64,000 nucleotides of DNA from the human T2T-CHM13v2.0 reference genome, Homo sapiens. The notes under the pieces were generated by a model. It searched no databases. It saw nothing but the letters and a program-made list of their open reading frames with translations, and had not been told where the DNA came from. This document shows positions 29,225-44,570 of this stretch, in pieces. Location of the stretch: NCBI RefSeq assembly GCF_009914755.1, contig NC_060927.1; one strand, written 5' to 3'. A program made the position numbers and the translations under genes. The stretch's first letter is position 1. The number at the start of each line of letters is the position of its first letter.

Positions 29225-31191
29225 CTGCTAATTAAAAGGAAATTAATTTCCTAAGGTTCATTTTTAAGCATCTTAACATTAATGACAACATGAAAAATAA
29301 AACTCTTTTGATATCAACAAAAGTATAATTTTAAGGGATATTCCATTTTATAAGAAAGCATTTAAAAAATCTCCAACTTTCAGAAAGGTCAATGTACTTT
29401 GTAATGCCGATTCATTATAAGGTACTAGGCTAGGCGGGTTGTAATATTCAAACTGTTAAGAACACAGCCCTGAAACCCGCCTCCCTATTCAATGCACTAG
29501 CAAACACAAATAAACATAAGTAAGGACAAACATTTTAAAAGTTGAACAGCAACTTAAAATGACACTAAATGTCAATAAATGATAGTGTGATGCAGAAAAT
29601 CTGTGTATGCTACTATGGTCAGGAAAGCATGAAAGAAATGAGAGTCTTGAAATTAATTACACAAACAAATCTTCCATTATTGCACATTGACAATAAAAAA
29701 GTAAACTTAGTAGGCAGTAGTTATTGAAGAGCCAATAACTAAGCTATTCTTTCAGTTCTAAACCTACTCTTCTATATATACACTGCTTTAAGATGCTGAA
29801 CCTAGTATTCATTAAACCAATTTTTCTGTTGATTTTAATGGTTTCCTCTCCTCTTAAACTCTGGCAATAGGGGGTGTTGGAGAGAGACTGGAAGCTAAAG
29901 GAAGGGAACTGTTTCTTCCTGATTGCTTTCCATTATTTGCAGTAGAATCCTAGCAACTCTGGTAGACCACTCATTCCAGGAGCAGCACCTGACTCCAGTT
30001 TGCAGTTTTTCTAACACTCACTGAATCAGCTCACTGTGCCATCACACAGCACCAACTAGCCTCCACCCTCTCCTTAGAGGTCTGAGTCCCAGATCTGTGG
30101 AGCCCCTGAGTTCTCATTCCTGAATGTAGGCTCCTTTGACAATGTGACTCTGCAGCTCATCCTATCCAAAAACGAAGTCCCCAACCAATAAGTGGGGCAG
30201 AGTACCCTAGAATTCTTGAGTTGAGACAAGAGAGGCTGACGCAGTTCTGACTGACGACTCCCCAGTGTTAAGCAGGAATAAATCTTCTCTGGGAGAAAGT
30301 TGTTTCTGGTAGGCCCAAAGGACTCCCACCAGCTAAGTTCAAGCAATGAGTTCACAATCAAAGATCAAATACACAAGAAGGCAAGAGTCACAGGGAACAG
30401 ATAATAGATTTGAGAACCGTCGATATTAGAATTGTCCAGTACAGATTACAGAACAGATGTGAATATATATGTTTAAAGAAATCAAGGATGGACTCACAAA
30501 GAAGGATGGACTCACAAAGATGACCAATCAACAAGAGGCCATTAGGAATAAACAGATGAACTTGGGGGTGGGGGGATGAAACAATCTGAATTGGGTAATA
30601 CAAGAGTTTAAATTTTTTAAATAATTAAACATATTTAAGAACAACTTAGAGAGCTAGAAGATATACCTGAATACATTACCCAAAATGTGGCAAAGAGAAA
30701 AAGGAAATGGAAAGACATAAAGAGATACAAAGGACAGTATGAGAATATCTAACTAACATATGTCTATTGGGGTGTCTTAAAGATATTTAACAAGAGATAA
30801 CAGCTGTGAAATTTCCAGATTAATGAAACAAGAATCTTTATAAATTCAGGATGTGCAACATAACCCGAGCAAGATAAATAAAAAGAAATCCAAACTTAGA
30901 ACTTGGCGGTGTAACTGCACAACTCCAAAGACAGAGACAGTAATCAGAGAAAGAAGAGATCACCTAGAAAGGAACAACAATTTGAACAACAGATTTCTCA
31001 AGTGCAATAGTGGAAGCCAGGGAGAATATACTAATAATATCTTGCAAGTTTTGAAAGAAGAAAATATTGGCAAAATATTATCTAAACTGTGTACCTAGCA
31101 AAAGTAATTTTTAGACAAGTGGAAAAAATTAGATGCGCATTTTAATGAATAAAACAAAACCATCATTACTATTTAAAATGGTATGATGGTA

Positions 31192-31378
31192 TCAGGGAGT
31201 GGCAAACTTTATCTATAAAGGGCCACACAGTAATATTTTAGGCGTCAAGGGCTATATGGTCTCTGCTGCAATTACTCAACTCTGCAAATGAATGGGTGTG
31301 GCTGTGTTTCAATAAAACTTTATTTACAAAACCAGATAGCCAGATATGGCCTGCCAGATGCAGTTTCTCACACACTGG
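31192..31378. mobile_element. MER58A
   Basis: cagggagtggcaaacttt...gtttcaataaaactttatttacaaaa. Confidence 0.85.
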
Positions 31379-31831
31379 TGTAGACAGAAAAGTCAAAAAA
31401 TATCCTTTGACCAACGAAGGATATAGAATTTCAGTTAAGATAGAAGGAATAATTTCAAGAGATCTATTGTACAACATGACTACAGTTAACAACAATGCAT
31501 TGTATTCTTGAAAATTGCTGAGAGATTTTAAGTATTCTCACCACTAAAAACTGAAGTGAGATAATGTATAGATTAACTGTTCAATTTAGCCATTCTACAA
31601 TGGATACATATTTCAAAACATGTGGTACACAATAAATATATATAATTTTAGTTGTCTATATAGTAAAATCATTCAAAATTCAACTTCCTAAGGTAGCTGG
31701 AAATAAAATCAATATACAAAAATCGATTTCATTGCTAAGCACTAGCAACGAAGTTAGAAATTTGAAAGAGTGAAAAAATTTGGGAAAATAATAATTTTTA
31801 ATGTAATATTAAAGCACTGAAATAAATGGAG

Positions 31832-32192
<361 letters not shown>

Positions 32193-33403
32193 TCATGAAG
32201 TGTCCAGTCTTCCCTAGGTGTTGCAATAATAATCAAGCTTCCAAAAAGGTTTCTTGTGGAACTTGTCAAGCGGATTCTAAAATCTGTCTGGAAGAGCAAT
32301 AGGCCAAACATTCCTGCAGAAGAAAAGAGGGGCTACTTACGCTATCAGACAACAAGACTTACAAAGCTGAAATAACTAGGAGAATTAGGTTTTAGTGCAG
32401 GGATAGACCAACTAACCAAATAAATAAAATGGAAAGTTCAAAAACAGACCCACAAATGTAAGAAATTTTGATATATGAAAAAGAAGTGATTCAGATCAAA
32501 GGGGAAGGTAGAAACTATTCAATAATAATGTCCCAAAATTCAACAAAATGCAGAGACAATGGATTATTCAGTTTTTTAAAAAAGTTTTTCCTTATCCAGT
32601 ATTAAAACTTACAGTAGACATTCTACTTCCCTTAGGAAAATGATAGGCATCCAAACTCAAATCAAATATACAAACAAATATTCCAAAACCCACAGAGAGC
32701 AAATAAAATTACCCATAGCCCTTGCTTTTAATACAAATAAGAGACAAATAACACTTCAAATTTCATTTCAAGTAATTGAGGAAAATATAAACATCCAAGA
32801 CAAGCAATGTTAACTACAGAGCCCTTACTGAAAAAAATCAGAGGAAACTGTGTAGAAAAGAATCCTGGTAGTTAGTTGTATAACGTAGACACCAACTAAG
32901 GTTCTCTCTAGGACAAGAAGTAAATAGCAATTAGAAGTGGGAGGTATCCTTTTGAATCCTGGTGGATAAAGAAAAGGAAGAAACAAAAAATAAGGGCTCT
33001 GTTCAAATAAGATGGTAATCACAGAATCAGAAGTAGAAAGCCCCCAACAAATCACGTAGTAAAGAAGGTGCATTTCACTATACCAACAGAAGAGGGCCCT
33101 CTTAAACTTAAAAACTAAGCAAACCTTTTTTTCCTGGCCCCACGGAATCTACTTGTTACTTGAGGTCTATGAAAATCCAATATATCATCATAAACAAAAT
33201 AATCTGACATCTATACTGTGCTCCAATAAGAAAACAAAGGAACAGAAATATTTTCTGCTGATAAAAGTAACTCCCTAAAATTAAAAAAAACACCTACCAA
33301 GAAGGAAAAAACTATAACACAATTCTCCAACATAAATTCAATATTAACTAAACAGCAATTACAGGTATAAAAGAAAGATGAATGAGAATATAAAAAATTC
33401 TGA

Positions 33404-33781
<378 letters not shown>

Positions 33782-34104
33782 TGAGAAATAAACAGTAAAT
33801 TACCAACTATCCAAGAGAGAATAAGTATATCCTGGTTTGAATTTTAAAAGCTATAAAAAATATTCTTAGGACAACTGAGAAAACTTAAATACGTAGGTAA
33901 GCTGACTAAAAGGAAGTGAATATATAGGTTAATAAACTTACAGAAAATAAAAGAGCTACAGAAATAAATAACATCACAAAGAAATGAGACAAATACAGAA
34001 CACAAGACAATCTTAAAAAACAACTGGCCTAGACTCCAAAAAGTCAAAGTCACAGAGATAAAAACTGATGAGGAAACTGTTTTACAGATAACATTATAGA
34101 ATTC

Positions 34105-34469
<365 letters not shown>

Positions 34470-35136
34470 TTACATTTCCCAGAGACTTCAAAACTAGCAG
34501 CACACTAAAAGCCTTCAGTAAATATTTGCAAGCTGTTGGCCAGACAGATAGGTGGAGGAAAAAAATGCAAATTAACGAATCATCGTTTTTTACCCATCAC
34601 AATGGCAATAACTAATGAGGCTGGTATATTCAGTGCTGCAGAAGGTAAAATGTTGTCTTTATTAAAATTAAAAACACATAAAACCTTTGACTAAACAATT
34701 CCACTTAGAGGAATCTATTTTATAAAATAGAAGCAGCAGAATTTCAAAACATGTAAGTACATAAAGATCTGCATTTTCTGTAATGACTTAAACATGCAAA
34801 CAACCTGAATGACATCGATAGGGAAAGTTTATTAAATCATGGTACATCAATAATGTGGAATACTGTATCACTAATTAAAAGGATGCAATAGCTGTCATTC
34901 TTGATGCTGAAAGATGTTCTGTGAAAAAAAGCAACTTGTGAAGTTTTTATCAGTATGTTTAATATGGGAAAAATAAAACCTAATATGAGTGCCTACATAA
35001 ATAAACACGGAGTAATACGTGGAAGGGTACATATCAAACTTAACATTAGTTACACCTCAGGGTGATGAGAGAGGCAAGATGTTATTAAAGTTTTTTAAAA
35101 CTCTCCGTTGTTTGATTTAACAATGAGAATGATTTT

Positions 35137-35518
<382 letters not shown>

Positions 35519-35920
35519 TGATGAAAAAAATTGTTTATATTCACATGTCCTTTATAGAAACAATGCTTCTTACCAAGTCAACTATATTAGAATGTATGTG
35601 ATAAATGTAAGCCAAGCATGCAGTTATTGTAACTTCTACTTCATATGGATCAACTATAATGATTCTAACTAATGGAAAATTCTTCATATGTGAGATCTAT
35701 AATAATAACATTTCACTCTTTTCTGAGGTAAACTTTCATTTGTATTCCTATAAGAGACTTCACAATTTTCTAACACCCAAATTTCAGTCAAAAAGTATAG
35801 GCAAATAAAGTATGGGAGGACCAAAATGCTAACAATAATTAACACTAGTTGGCAGAATAATGGGCAGGTACTATATCTTTTTGTAAGTTTAAAACCATGA
35901 ATTAAACATTCCATATGGTC

Positions 35921-36207
35921 CTTTTTTTTGGAGACAAGGTCTCGCTGTCACATGGGCTGGAGCGCAGTGGTGTGATCACGGTGCACTACAGCCTCAACCT
36001 CCTGGGTTCAAGTGATCCTCCCACCTCAGCCTCCTTAGTAGCTGGGAATACAGGAATGGGCCATCACACCCAGATAATTTTTGTATTTTGTGTACAGACA
36101 GGGTTTTGCCATGGTGCACAGGCTGGTTTCGAACTCCTGGGCTCAAGCAACCCACCCACCTCCATCTCCCCAAGTGCTGGTATTACAGGTGTGAGCCACC
36201 ATGTCCC
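35921..36207 (-). mobile_element. Alu (J-type)
   Basis: Diverged dimer; atatggtcct on both flanks. Confidence 0.92.
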
Positions 36208-37380
36208 AATATGGTCCTCTTTGTTGATTAACGTGGAGCCTTGCACATAGTAAGCTCTATATACAAATGTAAATAGAAACAGTAACATCCATAGAAAGGC
36301 TAGGTCTTTAGTTGGCTTAATTTCTCTTTTCTTAAACATTCTGAATTCCTCAAAAAATAAACCTTGTATAATAAAATGTTTTTGTCACTTTAATTTTTGC
36401 ACAGGAAGTAAAACAAAATTGGGGTCAAATAATATAATTACAGTAAAACACATATTCTTATACATAGTAAGAAATAATGCAACTTACTATTTTATAGTTA
36501 AAATAATTTATATGTTATTTACTCAAATCATACGTACTGTATAATCAACGTTAGGAGAGAAAGCATCAGGGATGGATAGTCAATGATCTGGGATTCACAG
36601 TAATTTCAGACAGACTGGCGACTGGTCAATCCCTAAATTCCAGATTTCAATAAAAGTGATCTGCTATATGGGATTAAAAATAATAAATATGTATGATATG
36701 CAGTATTACTTAGGAGATTACCCGGAGATGATCCAAGAGGAAGCCCCTGACAGTGGGTCAAGCACTGAGTTCTCGTCTCATCTCATCTCATTAGATGGTT
36801 ACTAATAACCATGTGATCTTGGGCACATCATTCAATGCTCTGAGGCTCAATCTCTTTTCCTGAATCTGGGTCAGATAATCTTTAACGCCCCTTTAAGGTG
36901 AAAATCTTCTGAGTTTTAGTATCTTCTTCAGTAAGGGAAGAAGAGAGGAAGAAACCAAAACCAAAACACAGAAGTGTTACTTGGTTTCACAGAAAGCTGA
37001 AAAACAAAATAATAAGGTCTACTAGTCAAAATTTTGGATTCCAGAATTAAAAAACAAAATTCTTAAGATTTATTTTATTACATATACTGATTCTTGTGAT
37101 CTTTATTTGGTCAAAAGAAAAACAATTTTGTTGTCTGCATGATGGGAAAAATGGGAATAACTAGCATCATTTGTAGAAAATAGATATTTGGACATTCTTT
37201 AAATCTCAGGTTAGACATAAAGTGAAGTAAAACAAATAGAAAATATCATAAAGATTAGTAAGTACTACTAAATGTAAAATGGCAGCAATTACCTAATTAT
37301 AAGAACTGAAAGTTAAAACCATTTCAAAGTAGTCTTTGACATTAGATAGAAACAATACAGAGAAAATACACTGTCCACTT

Positions 37381-37412
37381 GAATGAATGAGTGAGTGAGT
37401 GAGTGAGTGAGT
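37381..37412. repeat. (GAAT/GAGT)n tetranucleotide repeat
   Basis: Direct reading. Confidence 0.9.
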
Positions 37413-40400
37413 AAAAGAGAACTTTAAGAATTGAAGATTTGGTCAATGATGTGTCTCAATGATTACATACAAGCTTCAATGACAAATCACTAACCTCAAA
37501 ATCTGGTACTAGTTATTTTAAAAATGATAATTATATCATCATCTAATTCAACCCTTATTTTTTTAAAAAGAGTAGCAGCCAAAATGATTGATACAGGAAT
37601 AGGGATATTATAACCCAGAAAATAAACTTGAAGAAGGCAATTTCAACAAGAAAATACTGAAAAGCATTTTTATTTACAATGTAAAAATTAAAGGTCTGCT
37701 TATTCCAAATGCTCTATTTTGCTGGGAATCATACTAGTTGAGCTTTAAAACGACTGATTTATGGATGCCGAAAATTAGTGATCATTTCTGTAGATTACAA
37801 TCTCAGTGCTATAGAATCTAAAAGAAACCTTATTTACCAATAGAAATTAGTATGATGGCAGTATAGCAAAGTGATTTTTGTGCTTTGCCCTCTTATTAGA
37901 TAAATGACCCTGGCAGGTTACTTCTCCAAATTGCAGTTTGCTCATCAGTAAAATCAGTTTGCTCAGAGATGTTCTTATATATACATTCTTTCATTTAAAT
38001 CTCAGAATCTTTCATTTTGAAATTTAAATGAAAGAATATATATAAGAACATTAAAGAATTGTATTAAAAATTGTTACCTAAAATACTGTAAAGATATAAA
38101 TATTTTAAATAATCAGGTACTTTCAGCAATTCTAGTAACCATTGAGCCAAAAGAAAGAAAAATGTGTTTATCTAAATTTCTATTATGAAGTTACAAGTGT
38201 TATTCAGAAAATAGACTATTTGAGAATTTACTTTATCCTTATTCTAATTAGTAAGGCACAAAGGTAACACTTTCGACACTTACATAATATGGATTTTTAT
38301 AGCAATGATACATATACTGTATGAACCTAGCCATAGCCTTTTTTTCAAGTCTCCTTGGCTTAAAGGCTACACATTTATTAATACAATATGAGAAGAAAAG
38401 GGTGGCATACGAAGGCCAAAGAACAAAGCAAATTAACATACACTAAAGATTAAACACAAGACTTATGAGCTTTAATTAACTGGATAGGATACTTTGCTAA
38501 AAATTGCATACAGCCCTAATCTGGATATATATCTCTAGAAGAAGTAAAATACATTCCCAAACTACAAAAGCAGATTAAGTCACGATTCCAAAGAAGCTCA
38601 CTGTATTTTTTTTTTTTTATTTTGGTAATCTTACTTGAAAAGAGATTTGTCAAACCCAGTGGGCTGTGTCTGGCTTACGCCACTATTATACATTTCCACC
38701 TACTATATCCCTTTAATTAGAAGCTAATCACATCTATCTATTTATTATATACCTCGGAGTAGCAAATAATACATTGAGACTGAATCACCACCATTCAATG
38801 TAAAATCATGGGAAAGATAATGTACAGTCCAGAAAACAGAATAGTCATAAAGAGAAATAGAACAATCTTCAAGTATCTGAAAGCATGTTGACAAATAATT
38901 CATTTTCCCTGCATATGCTACAAGGAGGTAGATTTTAATGCAACATAAAAAAGAATTTGTTTATTCAGAACTGAAATGGGCTTGTTTCTGGAAAATACTT
39001 TGCCAAACTGAAAGAACACTAAAAATCCCTGAATCTTTCGATCCAGCGAACTTTAGAAATTTATTCCAAAGAAATCATTGCAGATGTGCTGAAAGATATA
39101 TATAAAAGAATGCTGACACGGTTTATAGAAGGAGAAAAGGCTCATGGCAACCTAGGCATTATTTAGCCATGAATAATTTTCAATTAATAATTTAAGACAA
39201 CGAGAAAATGCTTAGGGTAAAATATAAGTTACAAAAAAAACTACACAATGAATAGTGCCACTTTTGTTCTTCTACCAAGAAAATATTTGTATATGTAAAA
39301 ATAATTGGAAAAGTAACTGGAAGAAAACAAATCATAATTTAGCAGTTGATTATGTCCATGTGTAGTGGCACGGCAGGTGATTTTTGTTCTAAATTTTAAT
39401 TCAGAGCAGATAGTACTACTTTAATCAAGTTGAATAATCATCTATCAGGAATTTTATTAAAGAAACTATGTGACTCCCAAGGTCTTTTCCAACTCAAAAA
39501 TTCTACAACTCTAAGAAAACTTTCTACAACCAATTTAAAAATCAACAAGTCTTTGCCAAGACCAAAAAAACTAAAGTTAAATTTTCAAAGGACTGACAGT
39601 CAAGAATGGCATTCATTTTAGAAGTAATATCAATATCCTCTGGCCAGTAGCTCTTTTCTTAGATAGAAAAATGGGCAATAAACCTAAATGAGCTCTGATA
39701 AAAAAAAGAAACAAGAATATACCTGCAATTGCCAAAACGAAGAAGAAGAAGAAAAAGGAGGAGGAAGAGGAAGAGAAAAAGGAGAAAGGAATGAAGGCTT
39801 CTACCTTATTTTTGGCAGAAAGGCTGTTGCTTAGATGGCTGATAAAATCTTTAAGTGATTAATTACTATACTCATGAAAGCTACTTAACCTTTTCATTTA
39901 ACTGGTAGGAATAGAAACTACAAGAATGGGGGTGGAGGAGCTTAAGAAAGTTTATCCTTTTTACAAAGGAGTATCTGATTATATCAATATGATTAATATC
40001 AGAATGATAGGTAAATTTCAATTTTCTTCTAAAAAGATACCAAACCACGAAAAAAAATTATAAGCCACTGGTTCAATTCATAAAATGTTATATATTATCA
40101 CCACAAATCTCAAATATTCATCCATTTTAAGCTAAAAAGACAGCTTCATAAAATTATAATATCATAGATTAGAATTCTGTAATTCAAAATTAAGAAAAAG
40201 ATTCCCCTTGTAATAACTGAAGAGAGCTATTTGTTATAAAAGGAAGAAACCAAAAAATGTCATATACTTTTTACTAGCGGTAAATAGGAATGCAACATAA
40301 AAACTATCTTCTAATGGGATATCATAACTAACATTTGGATGAGAATACAACCATAAAATTACAAGACAAAAAGAAAATAATTAAAAATCTAAAGTATAGA

Positions 40401-41611
40401 TTACTTGAAACATCCAGAGAAATCAGCAAGACATTTTAATTTCAGCTATTTAGTTATATGTGCATCTATATATATATTTATACACCCATATGTGTATGTA
40501 TATATATCACACCATCTTTATTGCTAGTTATATGACACAGAAGATCGTTTAAATGAAATACTTATGATAGTTTTTCTATATTCAGAATCTCACATGATGG
40601 GAAAAAACTGGGGGTTGTATAGAAAGATCAAGGGAACACAACTCCTTATGGAACCTGGTCAAAATATACAGTTTATTTTTCTTTCCTTTTTGGTTTTTAA
40701 TAAAAAGAACTATAGACAAAAAGAAAAAACAAAAATCCTCAAGACCATGATTTTCTCACCAGTTACCGTAAACAAGGAAAGATATGTTTTCCCAAAATAT
40801 CACAACTAAGACATACATTTATTTTTAAAAAGGAAAGAAAGGAAAAGAGAAAGAGATTACTGTCTTTTTAGAATTAAATACCCTTATTTTCACAGATTCA
40901 TTCTATCAGAAAGATGTAGCAGAAACTAACACCGGAAATATACTCACGGCTTTCTAATTAACACATGAAAGAATACCCATTAAAAAATTTAAAGATAAAC
41001 AATATGCTAGAAACAGTTCTAATATGATCAATGAATATGCTATGAATTATAAAATTGCATGAAACCTGATTTTTCTTATTTTCCTATTATGATTTAATCC
41101 AGGAACCATTTTTGAGGCAATTTTACTTGACCACCACCCATCTCCTATTGTGACAAATGATTCAGTACCCAGTATCTTCAACCATTTTTTAAATGCTGGA
41201 GTATTTAAGACTTACTACCTAGAGGAATGTGTAAAAACATTACATAATTCAACATTTCTGTAACAGCTATTGCACTTGAAAATTAGTAGCCAAATTCTGA
41301 AAAACCTGTTCTCTGCTTAAAAAAAACAAAAAAACCCCAAAAAACTTCCATAAATCTTTTTCAAAATGGCATCTGAAAAATAAATACCCTCAAGAAGAGA
41401 CTAATTCACATACATTCTTAGAGGAAATAGCAGTATACAATATTTTATACATTTCAAAAGGGCATCGTATTCTTCTGAATGTTGCAACAGACTCCAGATC
41501 TGCAATCGTGCTGCAGTCATGAATAAACATATTCCTCTGAAGTTCCAAGTATGTGTGGCCATATCAAGGGCATGGAGCATGCATAACAGATTTGAAATGG
41601 ATTTACATTAC

Positions 41612-41758
41612 CTCCAACCTTAGGGCCACCTGCTGAACCAGGCTTCCTTGCACTGTTGGCAGGATTTCCGGATGTTTTAGGTGCAGGAACCTTGAAGGCT
41701 GATGCAGCTGATGATGGCCTATTTCCATCCACTGATTCTTCATCATCGAAGCTTTTAT
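41612..41758 (-). CDS. CLASP2: First exon common to alpha/beta/gamma: KSFDDEESVDGNRPSS...GPKVG, 147 nt
   Basis: Acceptor ctttgtgcag|AT, donor GGAG|gtaatg; phase 1 to 1. Confidence 0.97.
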
Positions 41759-42136
41759 CTGCACAAAGCATCAGAAAAATGTATTTAAGAGAACTAAGCT
41801 TTGTTCCATTTTCCCTAAAGCTCAAAAATAAAATAAAGCCATATATAAAATCATTACTTTGGTAAGATATATAATACGAAATAAAGGTCCTTTGAATAAG
41901 CATTTATATATTGGCTAACACCATATAAAATAATCCTCTGTAATTCAAAATCAAAATGCAGTATTTTCATACTTCTTACTTATACATATTAAGTCAAAAC
42001 ATAAAACATTTTAACTCTAAAGGTAGTAAAAGTATTTTTCATGTTTTTGCTACTCTGCATTTTCTGCCAGCTCCTCCCATAGTGTATCTTCTAGCACGCC
42101 CTGCCTTATTCCTTATACCCAGATTCTGCAACTTAC

Positions 42137-42170
42137 AATCACAGATCCGTTTGCAAATCAGTCGCCTCAT
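42137..42170 (-). CDS. CLASP2: Coding part of the alternative first exon of CLASP2-beta: MRRLICKRICD(Y), basic di-cysteine palmitoylation-type N-terminus
   Basis: ATG AGG CGA CTG ATT TGC AAA CGG ATC TGT GAT T|gtaagt; joining to 41758 gives MRRLICKRICDYKSFDD, the recalled beta N-terminus; absent from the ORF track. Confidence 0.92.
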
Positions 42171-42249
42171 TCCTCTGAAAGCTCTTAATTTCCCTCACCC
42201 TAGGAGGCTCCCAATAGTTCACATGGCCAAATACAGTAAATTCGATACT

Positions 42250-42400
42250 AATCAAAGATTCTATCAAAAAAAGACAGAAACAACCACAGAACCACCACTG
42301 AGGTTTGTGCCGGCATTTTTCTTTCTCTTCCCTGCCCTAGGTGCTGTAACAGCCAATCAGCTACAAGGTGACATCATCTTATGGCAGCTACTGCCAGATG
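42250..42400 (-). promoter_or_regulatory. Candidate internal promoter for CLASP2-beta
   Basis: NF-Y consensus AGCCAATCAG at 42351-42360 and CRE-like TGACATCA at 42369-42376, about 190 nt upstream of the beta ATG in non-repeat sequence. Confidence 0.55.
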
Positions 42401-42781
42401 AAAGGTAAAAATTCTCCATGCATCTAAAAAATTCTCTATTAGCTATAATCCTTATTCTATATCAAAATTTCAAAGGCATTCAAAACTAAAGGCTTAGAAA
42501 TCTGTTTTTCTTATTTGACATGAAAATTTATATAAATAGAAAATAAGGTTTTATGCAATATTCATTCTGCTGGGATGCTTATTGCATCAGTAAAGCATAG
42601 ACTGCCACAGTGCTCATTACTGTGCATAATTAACTCTGTAATCTTAAAATCTGCTCTTTATTTAAGCCATAGAAACCAAACAAAACAATTTGTTTTCATA
42701 AATGATTCTACAAGGCTCCTTTCGGAATATGAATGACCACACTAGTATCATCTACTTATATGCAAATGAAACATCTCCCAG

Positions 42782-42784
<3 letters not shown>

Positions 42785-42821
<37 letters not shown>
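42785..42821. repeat. (CA)n microsatellite upstream of the beta first exon
   Basis: Direct reading. Confidence 0.97.
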
Positions 42822-42823
<2 letters not shown>

Positions 42824-44144
42824 GTATTTTACTCTCCTGAGAAGAGATGGTTTTCTCTAGGACCCTGCACAAATCAACCATGACAAACAACATGGGCGAG
42901 GCAGAGAAGCAGCTTTACCACACGCTTCAGATGAATATGCCAGAATCTTTTCCTTTCAATGAACTTTCTTTACTTAAACAAACACCCAATCACCTAGAAT
43001 TAAATAATTCCTATAAAGAGATATTATTAAATATTTTAAAGAAAAATAACTATTTTTAATATATAACTATTTAACTATTAAATATATCTTAAAATATGCC
43101 AAGAAAGTTTTAAGACTTATTTATTAAAAGAAAAAAGAATCAAATAGACACTCTAAAGTCACATTCTATTTCAGAAAGTGTTTTTAAGTAATACAACTTG
43201 CAGGAAAAAATTATCTTCTACTCTTAAAAAATTATTTTTTTAGCATAACACTATTAGGGAGTCAGTTTGGATAAATTAATAAGCTTAAAACCTATGCAGT
43301 ACATAGACGGCTTTGTTAAAAACACTAATACAATTCCAAATAAACTTCTTTGCTACTGTTATGTTAAAAAAAATGCAGCTAAGAAAGAGTAGACATACAA
43401 ATCTACAGAAAGTTAAGCACTAAAACACAGAGCAGCCAGAAGTTCCCATGGAAACAGTATTCTGTTCCTACACACACACAAGAATTGAAAAGAGTAAATA
43501 TGTCCCTACCATTAAAAAAAAAATTAACTCTTTTCTCAAACTACTGGGAAATTAATTTTTAAAGTTTTTATCAAAATACAGCAAAGTATACAAATCATAA
43601 GTACACAGCTAATTAATTTTCACAAAATGATCATGCCAGTATAACCAGTATCCAGATCCACAGATTACCAGCATCGTGTAAGTACCCTCGAGACTCCTAA
43701 AAGTCTACATTTACTACCAAAGCTAACTAGTCTCGAATTCTAACACTTGGTTTTGTTCATTTTTGAACATTATATAAAATGAATCATACAATATGTATTC
43801 TGGTATCTAGCTTCTTTTTACTCAATGTTGGAAGGATAATGTTTGGAAGATTCATTTTCATTGCTGATAGTTTTCTACTGTGTGAAAGTACCACAATTTA
43901 TTAATATCCATTCTACTACCGACAAGACATGGGCTGTTCCAGTATGAGGTTATTATAAAATGGTACTACTAAAAGGTAAGCAAACAAAGTCAAAGGTTTC
44001 TAAAGATTTGAGCCTTACTGAGGAAGTAGTAAACACAATAATTTATTTTAGATTATTTTAGATTATAACTATATATAATTAGATTTTAGATTAATAATTT
44101 ATTTTAGATTATAAGTCAAAGATGCATAGTAATATCTATGGCAC

Positions 44145-44570
44145 CAGTCCTCAAAATGTGGCCCCTATACCAGCAGCTGAGCATCACCGGGCAATTTGTT
44201 AAAAATGCAAATTCCTGGGCCCCAACCCAAACCTACTGAATCAGAAACTCTAGAGTAATCTATGTATTAACATACAAGCCCTCCCAGTCATTCTGATGCA
44301 TGATTGAGTTTAAGAATCACTCCCCTAGGGGAGGGGATGGCATTCTTTTTCTATAAAGGACCACACAGCAAATATTTTAGGCTTTGTAAACCATACACAT
44401 ACGGCCTTTCCATGCAACTACTCAATTATGACATTATAGCTCCAAAGCAGTTATATACACACAATATGTAAACAAACGAGTGCAGTTGTGCTTCAATAAA
44501 ATTTTATATACAAAAACAGGAGGGCAGATGGTTTTGATCCGCAAGCAACAGTTTGCCAATCTCTGCTCTA
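44145..44570. mobile_element. Adjacent MER5A (about 44145-44325) and MER58A (about 44328-44570)
   Basis: aaatgcaaattcctgggccc...cctactgaatcagaaactct; cttcaataaaattttatatacaaaaacagg. Confidence 0.8.

Noticed and set aside
42137-42180. Beta first exon as an internal cassette via gctttcag|AG
   Set aside because: Purine-rich upstream sequence with no polypyrimidine tract, and a 38-nt length that would shift the frame
41956-42408. 150-aa plus-strand ORF antisense to the beta first exon
   Set aside because: No recognisable domain; the sequence is explained by the minus-strand exon and promoter, and there is no support for plus-strand transcription
44040-44112. Repeated ttttagatta units; also short direct repeats near 53944-53985 and 59839-59878
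   Set aside because: Simple AT-rich slippage duplications with no repeat-spacer (CRISPR-like) architecture
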